64,000 bases of DNA from a virus (lineage: Duplodnaviria > Caudoviricetes). The translations under genes were made by a program, and so were the position numbers. Below, piece after piece: positions 20,467 through 29,531 of the stretch; the first letter of the stretch is position 1; each line of letters begins with the position of its first letter. Below the pieces are notes generated by a model. It saw nothing but the letters and a program-made list of their open reading frames with translations. It made no database searches and was not told the origin of the DNA. The DNA is taken from positions 106 through 64,105 of IMG/VR virus record IMGVR_UViG_3300028048_000142; one strand, written 5' to 3'.

Positions 20467-20522
20467 ATCAATACACCTTTACAGCAAAAGCTGTATATAA
20501 AATTATACAGCTTTACAAATGA

Positions 20523-20834
20523 TTATAACATCATTATATCAAGTCCATATTCTGATGCAATCAGATATTCCACTTTGCAGCCCCGTGCTGTTTCCCAGCC
20601 TTTTGCAAATACTACCAAATCAGCATCGGAAAGTTTAAGAATTGCTCTGCCTAGGCAATAAATAGTAGTATTTACTGAAGCATCTTTTAATGTGTATTCT
20701 CTAAAGTAAGAATCGATGATTTCAAACTTTTCATTACCAAAACGTTTTTTAATTTCAACGATTGCTTCCTCACGGTTCTTGCGAATTTGTTCTTCTGTAA
20801 GATTTTTCATTGGCGAACTTATAAATATTTTCAT
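20523..20834 (-). CDS. nucleoside deoxyribosyltransferase-like (DUF4406-type) protein
   Basis: KIFISSPM...ADLVVFAKGWETARGCKVE. Confidence 0.8.
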   Translation of the reverse strand: MKIFISSPMKNLTEEQIRKNREEAIVEIKKRFGNEKFEIIDSYFREYTLKDASVNTTIYCLGRAILKLSDADLVVFAKGWETARGCKVEYLIASEYGLDIMML

Positions 20835-20888
20835 TTTTTAACCTCTTTTTTAAAATATTATAAATATTTATATAGAGGAATTATATAT

Positions 20889-21704
20889 ATGATTAACTTC
20901 AATAATTTTAATTTTTCACATAAAAATGAATATCTCTTAAATCATTCTATGATTAGAGAGTGTATTCACTTATATGGTATACCGTGCAAATTTGTAATAA
21001 TACAAAAAGTGAACTTCGATCAATCTGTATTTGGTGATTACAGTGCAATTAAAACCAACAATTCAGATACATTTATGATTCATATGTTACCTGAAAATGC
21101 AGAGGATATTGATAAATCACAGTATGAATTTAACGAGTTCGGTTTAAATAACTATGATACCACCATGGGATATATAAGTACATCGGATTTGCCGGAAGGA
21201 TTAAATATAACAAATCTTACAGGCAATCTAATGGTGTTTCCATCTAATCAGATTATGGAGATTTCAGACTGTGAGCAGAAAGTTCCGGGGATTAACAATT
21301 TATGGGCTTATTCAGACCAAGTTTCTGTTTACAGATTAACCTTGAAACCTTACGAAAGACGTGCGCAGGATGAAATTGATAATGAATCGGTACTGAACAC
21401 AGTTGAAGTTAAGGACAACGGACCGGTTGATGTTGCCGAACTCAATTCAGTTAAAGAGATTTTTGATTCCTTAGACGGTTACTTTGATACCTTGTTAAAT
21501 GAAAAAGAAGAACAAGATTATCAAGCTGAATTTGAACCGTTTGCAGAATCAAAAGAGGATGAAACCGGAACTGAGATTATTGAAGAAAACCATGGTAAAC
21601 CTATAGAAAATCCAAAAACCATGAAACAGAAGATTAAAAATAAAGACCGCAGAGTTATTAAACCTGTAGTTGATATTTCAGAAAAAGACCCATTTAACTG
21701 GTGA
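20889..21704 (+). CDS. gp14: T4 gp14-like neck protein
   Basis: MIRECIHLYGIPCKFV..D.SVFGD, FNEFG, GNLMVFP; start after GAGG SD and late promoter. Confidence 0.8.
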   Translation: MINFNNFNFSHKNEYLLNHSMIRECIHLYGIPCKFVIIQKVNFDQSVFGDYSAIKTNNSDTFMIHMLPENAEDIDKSQYEFNEFGLNNYDTTMGYISTSDLPEGLNITNLTGNLMVFPSNQIMEISDCEQKVPGINNLWAYSDQVSVYRLTLKPYERRAQDEIDNESVLNTVEVKDNGPVDVAELNSVKEIFDSLDGYFDTLLNEKEEQDYQAEFEPFAESKEDETGTEIIEENHGKPIENPKTMKQKIKNKDRRVIKPVVDISEKDPFNW

Positions 21705-21710
21705 TAAAAT

Positions 21711-22310
21711 ATGAGATACAATGCAAATGGACAGTTAGTAACGACTGTCAATGATTTAAAACATGTTTTACAATCATCGGTAAAACCGAACAATTATAGA
21801 ATTGAACTGTTAATGCGATATAACATTAACGGTTTTGACAGTAGAACTTTTAATATACTTGTAAAATCGAGTACTTTGCCGGAAAGAAGAATAAACCTAG
21901 CGGAAGTATGGTGCAGAGGTCGTAAAGTTCAATTACGTTCAGAGCAGGAAAACAGCGGCGAATGGGAATGTACTGTAATTGATGATAATAATATGTCATT
22001 AAGAAAATCAATGACAAACTGGTTTGAACGCATTGATTCAATCAGACGTAACATGGCAGGAAACCTAGATTACATGGTATATGCGAATATCTATCAATTA
22101 GATGTACAAAGCAATCCGGTGTTTGGTGTACGTTTGAACAATGTATTTTTATCATCAATCGGAAGTGTGAATTTTGATGATTCATCGGTAGATCAATTAA
22201 CAGAATTTCCGGTAACATTCAGTTACAGTGAAATTGAGCCGCTTGCATACGGTGATAATAACAGCGGATTGATACATCCTGTTTTGTCTGTGAAATCTGA
22301 GGGTTATTAA
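21711..22310 (+). CDS. gp19: tail tube gp19-like protein
   Basis: KPNNYRI, STLPER, GRKVQL, WECTVIDD, EFPVTFSY. Confidence 0.82.
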   Translation: MRYNANGQLVTTVNDLKHVLQSSVKPNNYRIELLMRYNINGFDSRTFNILVKSSTLPERRINLAEVWCRGRKVQLRSEQENSGEWECTVIDDNNMSLRKSMTNWFERIDSIRRNMAGNLDYMVYANIYQLDVQSNPVFGVRLNNVFLSSIGSVNFDDSSVDQLTEFPVTFSYSEIEPLAYGDNNSGLIHPVLSVKSEGY

Positions 22311-22369
22311 TTTTTTTTTTTTTTAATAATTCTTGACAATATTATTAAATATGATATATTTTAAATATA

Positions 22370-22530
22370 AAAAGTTTTTGGGTGAGTTTGCTATAAAGCG
22401 GTTAGAATCCGCTGCCTCCCCACGTGGGAGGTGAAATGATGTCTTGTGAACTTGCCCAACCCCGTAAAGTGTGGGGTTTTGTGGGGGATTATAAAAGTCC
22501 CTAAATTTGTTTTAATTTAGGGACAGTTCC
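22370..22530 (+). ncRNA. candidate promoter-driven structured RNA ending in a TnpB-element right TIR
   Basis: TTGACA at 22333; motifs shared with 31211-31447; last 20 nt identical to 31428-31447. Confidence 0.45.
22446..22490 (-). mobile_element. minimal IS605-type left-end/right-end fusion
   Basis: Hybrid of 48924-48947 and 50322-50350 joined at the shared CCGTAAAG. Confidence 0.65.
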
Positions 22531-23184
22531 TTACCAATCCGTCATGCTGGCATATGTTGCATCATTCCATTTCGGGTCATCTGTTAAATACGTTGCCAGT
22601 ATGCACGTTAAAAATTCATTTTCAAAAACAATTATCTTGCGTGAGTTGAATTTCATAGTTGGAACTAATCCGAAATATCTATACAAATCAATAATCTGTT
22701 TATAATATTTGTATTGACATATTATATAAGGAAAATCATCAAATTTAATATTCACTGAAATTCCATCTAGGATTTCGTGTTCTTCAGACGCAAATACAGC
22801 ACCGTTCTTATTGAAAATCACATATTTACAGTTTTTAACTGTTTTATCTGCATAAGGAAGTATGTTAAAATTTTTCATGTTATTGTATATATTACAAAAT
22901 GTATTATATAATAATAAATCATTAGAATTATTAAAGCATATTTCATCTGTAAGATACAGTTTATCAGTGATTTTCACATCATTTTGAATATTTTTCTTGA
23001 TATAGACAAAATCATCATATGATAATGATAGTTGAATGCCTTTTAATTCCTCAGTGCAGTATTTAACCATGATAATACCATCGCTGACCATTAAGGAACT
23101 ATCAGATACACATAATGGGCTGCATCTTGCTTTGAAAGAATTTGGCAAAATGTTTACAATTTTAGAAAATATTTTAGAATCCAT
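22531..23184 (-). CDS. hypothetical protein
   Basis: 217 aa ORF with GAGG SD. Confidence 0.65.
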   Translation of the reverse strand: MDSKIFSKIVNILPNSFKARCSPLCVSDSSLMVSDGIIMVKYCTEELKGIQLSLSYDDFVYIKKNIQNDVKITDKLYLTDEICFNNSNDLLLYNTFCNIYNNMKNFNILPYADKTVKNCKYVIFNKNGAVFASEEHEILDGISVNIKFDDFPYIICQYKYYKQIIDLYRYFGLVPTMKFNSRKIIVFENEFLTCILATYLTDDPKWNDATYASMTDW

Positions 23185-23769
23185 TTAATCAACCTCACTA
23201 ACTATTCCAAACGGTATCCAACGATGTGCATTTTCCGGCAGATATTTAACATAATTAAGCAAATCCGTAGTATTCAAAGGGGTTTCAAGACCGGAAATAT
23301 AAACTCTCAAAGATTCATCCATATCGGTAGCGTCATACTCATATGCAGTTATTTGACCAATCTTGATTAATGGATTACCTTTTAAATGCCGATACATTGA
23401 AATATCTTTACTATATTGATATCTGATAGTATCACCAATTTTAAATTGTTCCTCAAATTCTTTCAAGGTGAAAGGTCGGTACACCGGTTCTAAATCACGT
23501 ACAAAGACAATATACTGCGGATTATATATAGGACTTGTTTTGTCGTTATTCTTGTATATGACGTAATCCACATGTCCATCTTGGTCGGAAACAGCACCAA
23601 AAGTGCCATAATTTGACGTTCTTAAATTAGCAAGATTTTCAAATGATTCAATATTATTGTTGCAATATGCATATTCACCTATATATTTATTGAGTGCCGG
23701 AATCTCATAACACACTTTTCCAACGGAATATACATCTTCAATACTTTTAATTCTCTTGTCCAGTTTCAC
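23185..23769 (-). CDS. hypothetical protein
   Basis: 194 aa, YRPFT and WIPFG motifs. Confidence 0.65.
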   Translation of the reverse strand: MKLDKRIKSIEDVYSVGKVCYEIPALNKYIGEYAYCNNNIESFENLANLRTSNYGTFGAVSDQDGHVDYVIYKNNDKTSPIYNPQYIVFVRDLEPVYRPFTLKEFEEQFKIGDTIRYQYSKDISMYRHLKGNPLIKIGQITAYEYDATDMDESLRVYISGLETPLNTTDLLNYVKYLPENAHRWIPFGIVSEVD

Positions 23770-23965
23770 TTTTCACTTCCTTTGTTTTGTCTTTCACTCT
23801 GATGTTTTCACATGAACCTGTGGTATTTTCAACACACAGAATTGTCACGTTGTTGTTTCTGAACACCGGTCTGTACTTTTTGTGTTCAAGACCTACTGCA
23901 AGGATTGCACCAGATGCAAACAGACACAAAAGCCAGTACAAAATCTTTTCTTTCTTTGACAACAT
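23747..23965 (-). CDS. small membrane protein
   Basis: One N-terminal hydrophobic segment. Confidence 0.55.
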   Translation of the reverse strand: MLSKKEKILYWLLCLFASGAILAVGLEHKKYRPVFRNNNVTILCVENTTGSCENIRVKDKTKEVKSETGQEN

Positions 23966-23967
23966 CT

Positions 23968-24117
23968 CTATTTTTCCTCAGTTTCAAATTCGGGTGCATC
24001 TCCGGCATCCAAATCATCATCAACATTGTTATTATATCTTGAAATATTGACAATGCAACCGCTGTTTTCAAAATCATCTGAATCATAGAAGTCAGCATCG
24101 TCTAAAAATTCGTCCAT
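23968..24117 (-). CDS. small acidic protein (49 aa, not in ORF track)
   Basis: AGGAG SD; reads MDEFLDDADFYDSDDFENSG...EFETEEK*. Confidence 0.5.
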   Translation of the reverse strand: MDEFLDDADFYDSDDFENSGCIVNISRYNNNVDDDLDAGDAPEFETEEK

Positions 24118-24433
24118 TAGAAAATCTCCTTGCATCTTAAACCTCTAGCAAAATATTAAACCAATGATGAAAAGGAACAAGAACACCCAGATACATTGCT
24201 TTGCAAAATTTTTTAAATCTTTACTCATTTTTAACTCCTTTTTGAATATTATTTTTGAATATAATTGATTTATAGATCTAATGTAAACATTTTTAAAATA
24301 AATTTGTGATTGTTTTCACAAATAAAGTTAGAAAAGCTATGATTTTTAAATGAATTTGAAATAAAATATAAATACAAATAAAAAGTTTTGATACTCTCCC
24401 CATGGGGGGTAATTTTTAAAAGGAAATAAAAAC

Positions 24434-25561
24434 ATGAGATTTTCAGAATACGTTAACCGTTCAAAATCAAGACGTTCATTGCATGAAGATGAACTAAAAG
24501 ACAGTTCATATTATGTTGACTCAAACGGATTTGTAACATCTAATATTGCAGATAAAATTAAATTATCAGATGTTGCTAAAAAAATGTATAATGATATTCA
24601 AAAAGATGACGTTGCATATTCGGTAGAAAAAGCACTTGATGGTGATATTAAAAATTTTGGTTACTTATATAATGGTGGTATCGATGCATTTGTAAACAAA
24701 ATCTACAATTGGGCTAGATTCGGGAAAACATATCGTTATCATGGATGTGAAAATGCTGATATCCAAGCCCTTGCAATTATTCTTGCTAATGATTGGTATG
24801 AGTCAAGAAAAGCTAAACTCAATTTAAAAGAAAACTGCAAACGTAAATCATTGAAAGAATCTGAAACATATGATTTAGAGTTTTTAAAAGATGTTCTGGC
24901 ACAATGCAGTGATGCACAGCTTGCAGATATCTATAATATGATTGTTGTTGAAAATCTGAATAACTGCAGTCTTGCATCTATTGCAGATTCTTTTATTGCC
25001 GGTGAAGATCAAATCTATGAACCTTTCAAATCATTGTTCAAGAAAAACGGTATTAAATTAGATGCAATTTATATGCGTTACAGCACAATCATAGGTACGG
25101 AACTTCCACCGATTGATTATGAAAGATTCGATGAGTACTATGACGGTGAAAGCATCGAAAGTGTTCTAAAGAATGATTTAGGTACTTATTATGATGTAAA
25201 TGTTTATGATTATGGCTATGATTCTTTATTTGTTGAATTAGAAGATATAGCTATTAAAAACGTATGGCAGAAAGCATCCGGCATCGATAATTTAGAATTT
25301 GCAACAAGGTTGCTTGAAGACATTGCAGAAGATCAAGGTATAGACGTTATTCAAAACTATATTGAAGAAAACTATAGACTTAAATCTGCCGATGATATAA
25401 CACCTGATGTTATTAAAAATGCAATTATCGCTGTAGTTCTTAGGGATTTGGGAAATTGCTTATTCATGCTTTCAGAATTAGTAACATTTACTCCTAAAGC
25501 ATTAGATGCAATCAAAAAATTCTGCAAAGACGTTGATGATTTTTACGAGTACTGGCGATAA
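24434..25561 (+). CDS. predicted internal head protein
   Basis: Late promoter; MRFSEYV start resembles the T4 capsid-targeting sequence; LHE/LKE sites in basic linkers. Confidence 0.6.
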   Translation: MRFSEYVNRSKSRRSLHEDELKDSSYYVDSNGFVTSNIADKIKLSDVAKKMYNDIQKDDVAYSVEKALDGDIKNFGYLYNGGIDAFVNKIYNWARFGKTYRYHGCENADIQALAIILANDWYESRKAKLNLKENCKRKSLKESETYDLEFLKDVLAQCSDAQLADIYNMIVVENLNNCSLASIADSFIAGEDQIYEPFKSLFKKNGIKLDAIYMRYSTIIGTELPPIDYERFDEYYDGESIESVLKNDLGTYYDVNVYDYGYDSLFVELEDIAIKNVWQKASGIDNLEFATRLLEDIAEDQGIDVIQNYIEENYRLKSADDITPDVIKNAIIAVVLRDLGNCLFMLSELVTFTPKALDAIKKFCKDVDDFYEYWR

Positions 25562-25666
25562 TTAAAATATTTAAAAGAAAAATGCAAAAACGTGAAGTAT
25601 ATCACTGTTTTTGCATTTTAAATATTATATAATACAAGCATAAGTTCAAAAAAGAGGAAACAAAAA

Positions 25667-26143
25667 ATGAAAATTTATCAGGATATCAATTTATCAGATT
25701 TTGAATTCTGGTCCGGTGCAAAAACATGGGCTGCAGAGTTCACATCTGAGGAATTAGATCAAATTGGTGAAATCCTTGAAAATGATGGATATGCACCTGA
25801 GGGCGGTTGGACAGATACAGCAGTAAATGACTTGTTCTGGTTTGAGCCGGAATTTGTTGCAAGTTTAATTGGTAAGATTATTCCAGACCTTGCTCAAGAA
25901 AGATTTGATGCAGGTATTTCAGCAGTAGAAGATGAAATCCGTAATTATGATGATTTTGAGGAAGAATTTGATAAGGATGCTTTAAAAGAAACCTTTATCG
26001 ATGCTTTCAACGATGACAGCTATGATTACGGTTCTGCCGTTGAAGAACTTGCTGATAATCTGTTTGATGATATTGCAGATGATGAAGATAAAGATTCTTT
26101 AATCAAGTTCTTAGACAAAGCAAAGATTGAAGATTATCTGTAG
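25667..26143 (+). CDS. highly acidic protein
   Basis: FEFWSGA and NDLFWF motifs, very D/E rich. Confidence 0.7.
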   Translation: MKIYQDINLSDFEFWSGAKTWAAEFTSEELDQIGEILENDGYAPEGGWTDTAVNDLFWFEPEFVASLIGKIIPDLAQERFDAGISAVEDEIRNYDDFEEEFDKDALKETFIDAFNDDSYDYGSAVEELADNLFDDIADDEDKDSLIKFLDKAKIEDYL

Positions 26144-26337
26144 GCATTTAGAATGAGCAATTATTGCAATCTAATCACTTGGTTGACAAATTACAAGACT
26201 TTCAAACAGATTGATTGTGATAATTGCTTGTTTTCTTTATAATCCCAATTCACTTGAAATACATATTTCAAAATCTTGATTATTTTTTTGAAAAATATAA
26301 ATAATAGTAAAAAGCAGTTTTCAAAATAAAGGAAAAA

Positions 26338-27624
26338 ATGATGAAAAAGAAAGAATTTTTTAATATTTATGATGATATTGGCAGAACTGCTAAACATCAA
26401 AGTTTTGAGTTTGATGGTGCATCTGCACAGTATCGTTATGACGTAATCCTCGATACTGACGGTAATGTTTATCAAATCGAACAACACCGTGGGTATGGTA
26501 AATCTGATATTTGGACTGAAGAAGAATACGAGTTATTAACTTGCAGCTATGAACAAGCAATTCAGCAAATAAAAAGATATGCTAAAAATCAAGAACGCAA
26601 ATCTCGTATCACCGAATCAAGATTTGGACGTTATTTAAACGAAAAGCAGAATATTTCAGGCGGTGGAACAATCGTTCCGGGACAGGTTCCAGCCACATAT
26701 AAACCAAAAGCAGATTTTAATTTTGCCGGTTATGATATTCTCGATTACGGTTGCGGAACTGGAACAGGCAAAGAATATATCAAAGCACACAATAAAGAAG
26801 AACGCTTTGCCGGTACTAAAGTATTCAACTATGAACCATTCCCTAAATTTCATGTAGATGAAAGACAAAAGTTTATTGCATCTAGCAATCCTAAGAAAAT
26901 GATTTGCTGCAATAACGTATTAAATGTTATTGATGATGATTTAACTGATATTCTTACTGAAATTAAACAAGTTGCAAAACGTGCCGATGTATCTGAAATC
27001 ATCTTTAAGATTTATCAAGGTGATAAATCAGGTAAAGGCAAACAGACCGGCAAAGACAAATATCAGCGTAATGAAAAAACTGCAAACTATATTCCAAAGA
27101 TTAGAAAAGTTTTCACTGGTTGGGATATCGATGAAAGACCATTTAAGACATACTTTATTCGTTTAAGTAAAGGCAAACTGAATGAATCATTTGTATGCGA
27201 ATCAGAGTTCCCAGCACCTAAATTCGAAAGTGAAATTAACAAAGAATTATTCTCATACGATGCTATTGAAAAAGCCGTTAAGAAACTGCTCAGAAATCGT
27301 TATAATGGCTCTGAAACATTAGAATACCACGAAGGCGATTATATGTATTCTTTGGTGTTCAGAAAACATACCAATATGGCAACCACAAATCTTTATGTTA
27401 ATCTCATAGTTGAAAAATACGAAGATGGTGACTGGGAAGAAGTTTACAATAAAGAACTTTTCTACTATGACTTAATGAACGATTCTTGGGATTCATTCAA
27501 ATCTTATGAAGATGAATATGATAGTCCTGAGGAAGAAGAAAAAGCATTTGAAGAACAATATGAAAATATTGTTTCAAATGATATTGCAGATTGGATTTTT
27601 GCAAATACAGAAGATTTATTTTAA
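26338..27624 (+). CDS. multidomain late protein with central SAM-dependent methyltransferase domain
   Basis: ILDYGCGTG, YEPF, CNNVLNVI flanked by ITES/LNE/LNES linkers. Confidence 0.7.
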   Translation: MMKKKEFFNIYDDIGRTAKHQSFEFDGASAQYRYDVILDTDGNVYQIEQHRGYGKSDIWTEEEYELLTCSYEQAIQQIKRYAKNQERKSRITESRFGRYLNEKQNISGGGTIVPGQVPATYKPKADFNFAGYDILDYGCGTGTGKEYIKAHNKEERFAGTKVFNYEPFPKFHVDERQKFIASSNPKKMICCNNVLNVIDDDLTDILTEIKQVAKRADVSEIIFKIYQGDKSGKGKQTGKDKYQRNEKTANYIPKIRKVFTGWDIDERPFKTYFIRLSKGKLNESFVCESEFPAPKFESEINKELFSYDAIEKAVKKLLRNRYNGSETLEYHEGDYMYSLVFRKHTNMATTNLYVNLIVEKYEDGDWEEVYNKELFYYDLMNDSWDSFKSYEDEYDSPEEEEKAFEEQYENIVSNDIADWIFANTEDLF

Positions 27625-27676
27625 CCCATAACCCTCTTTCCACTTTGAGGGGGGTTTAATTTAAAAGGAAAACAAA

Positions 27677-28285
27677 ATGATACACAAATTTAGAAAATCC
27701 TCACGCAGAATGTATGAGTCTGCAGAGTTTGAACTTAGTTTGGAAGATATCGGTGATCTGACACAGGAACTTTTCATGCGTTCGGACGAACTTGCAATGC
27801 CGGATGACAATAACGGGTTCATAAGATTGCTAAACAATGATATGATACGCAAGCTTACAAATTTAGGTTTTGATATAGATTTTGAACGTCAATGTCTTCG
27901 TATCAATGATGTTTATGAAGATGATTGGAAAGATTCAATTTCACGTTTAAATCTTAAAAAAGCTGAACATGGTTGGTATGAGGATGATGATACCGGTTTG
28001 TTCCTGAGATATAATAAAAGTGAAGAATATCTTGAAATCGGCTACGACAGCACATTTGATGCAATTGATATTGATATTTATTCAAACTGGGAAGCCATTG
28101 CAAGCTATATGGAAAAGCGGATTGCAAAAGATGATCTCGATGATTATGCAGATGAAGATGGTAATCCGGCTTTTTGGTGCATATTCGAAAGACATTTTGA
28201 TGAATTTGAAGAAGCAGTGCTGGATTATGCTGAACTTAATCCACGTTTCATTAATAAATTGAAACAAATTCGTAAAAGATTTTAA
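27677..28285 (+). CDS. acidic protein with basic leader, predicted internal head protein
   Basis: KFRKSSRRMYES leader then D/E-rich body. Confidence 0.6.
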   Translation: MIHKFRKSSRRMYESAEFELSLEDIGDLTQELFMRSDELAMPDDNNGFIRLLNNDMIRKLTNLGFDIDFERQCLRINDVYEDDWKDSISRLNLKKAEHGWYEDDDTGLFLRYNKSEEYLEIGYDSTFDAIDIDIYSNWEAIASYMEKRIAKDDLDDYADEDGNPAFWCIFERHFDEFEEAVLDYAELNPRFINKLKQIRKRF

Positions 28286-28397
28286 TTATCTCTATAAAAT
28301 ATCTCATAAATTTCAAAGTTCCTTGCAAAAGGAACTTTTTTATTTTTATTATATATAATATATAAATATATAAAAATTTTAAATAAAAGGATTCCAT

Positions 28398-29414
28398 ATG
28401 CAGTCATTTAAAGAATTTATCCGAGTTAAAGACCGTGAAAGCAAAGTGTTTATTCGAGAAAGCATTTATGAATTAAAACATAATGCTTTTTATAATACAG
28501 ATTACTTCAATAAAAAATATCTGTATGAGGAAGATGCACCGGAAGAAACCGATGCAGAAACCAAAGATAATACTGATAAACAAACTACAGATAAGAAACA
28601 AGATAATACTCTCGATAAACAGGATAATGCAGATGCTATTAGAAAACAGCTAGAATCTATTATTGAGTATGTTTCACCATGTTTTTTATATCTTGGACCA
28701 GAAAGATTAACGAGCATGATAGATGTAATAAATAAAAAACTTACTAAAGATTCCAAGACAGAAACATATATTTTGAATGATTTAAAAAATGCATCTGAGG
28801 AAGATCAAAAGATTATTACCCATTTAAAAGAAACATACTCAAAGATTGAAAATCTGAGTCAGGAACAGGATAAAAAGGGGTTAAACACATCATTAAAAAT
28901 TCAAAATGGTGCAGTTACAATTATAAATGAAGGATTGATAAGTGCTATCACTAAAATCTTTGCAACAATCGGCAAATGGATTAATTTGCTTATGGGTAAA
29001 TTTAAAGAAGAAAAAGGCAAGGAATGTGATACCGATAAAATCAAATCAATCTGGAATGCTGATATTGAAAAAGTAAAACCATCTATGACCGATGATGAAA
29101 AACGTAAACTTGGGGTTACATGGACTAAAGATGTATCGGCTGCCGATGTTGCAATCATGAAAAATGATAAAACAAACTTCTATAAAACAATGTGTTTAAT
29201 CTCGTTGAAGTATGGGCCTAAATCTATTGAGTACATTGCCGAAATAACCAAAAAGATGCTTGCAGACCAAAAGTTAAAAGCATTAAATCCATCATCAGAT
29301 AAGAAACAAGATGATTCTGAGGATGCTAAAAAAGATGATCAGAAAGAAACTAACGAAAGCTATAGATTTTCAAGGTTCGGAAGAATGAGAAGATTAAGTC
29401 GTAGATTTAAATAA
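28398..29414 (+). CDS. predicted internal head protein
   Basis: Late promoter; MQSFKEFI start; IRES, LYEE, INEG, TNES sites; Arg-rich C-terminus. Confidence 0.65.
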   Translation: MQSFKEFIRVKDRESKVFIRESIYELKHNAFYNTDYFNKKYLYEEDAPEETDAETKDNTDKQTTDKKQDNTLDKQDNADAIRKQLESIIEYVSPCFLYLGPERLTSMIDVINKKLTKDSKTETYILNDLKNASEEDQKIITHLKETYSKIENLSQEQDKKGLNTSLKIQNGAVTIINEGLISAITKIFATIGKWINLLMGKFKEEKGKECDTDKIKSIWNADIEKVKPSMTDDEKRKLGVTWTKDVSAADVAIMKNDKTNFYKTMCLISLKYGPKSIEYIAEITKKMLADQKLKALNPSSDKKQDDSEDAKKDDQKETNESYRFSRFGRMRRLSRRFK

Positions 29415-29531
29415 TGTGATCTGTATCACAAAATTATAAGAAACCCACCTTTTAAATGTAGGTGGGTTTTAACTGATATTATTAAATCTCATTTTTTCAC
29501 CACTTTTTTACAAATATTTTTAATAGTATTA
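29323..29531 (+). repeat. imperfect direct repeat (about 208 bp), copy 1
   Basis: Matches 31517-31723 with several substitutions and a 2-nt indel. Confidence 0.9.

Noticed and set aside
22380-22460. tRNA gene
   Set aside because: A 7-bp acceptor-like stem can form, but there is no TTC T-loop, proper anticodon arm or CCA; better explained by element-end sequences
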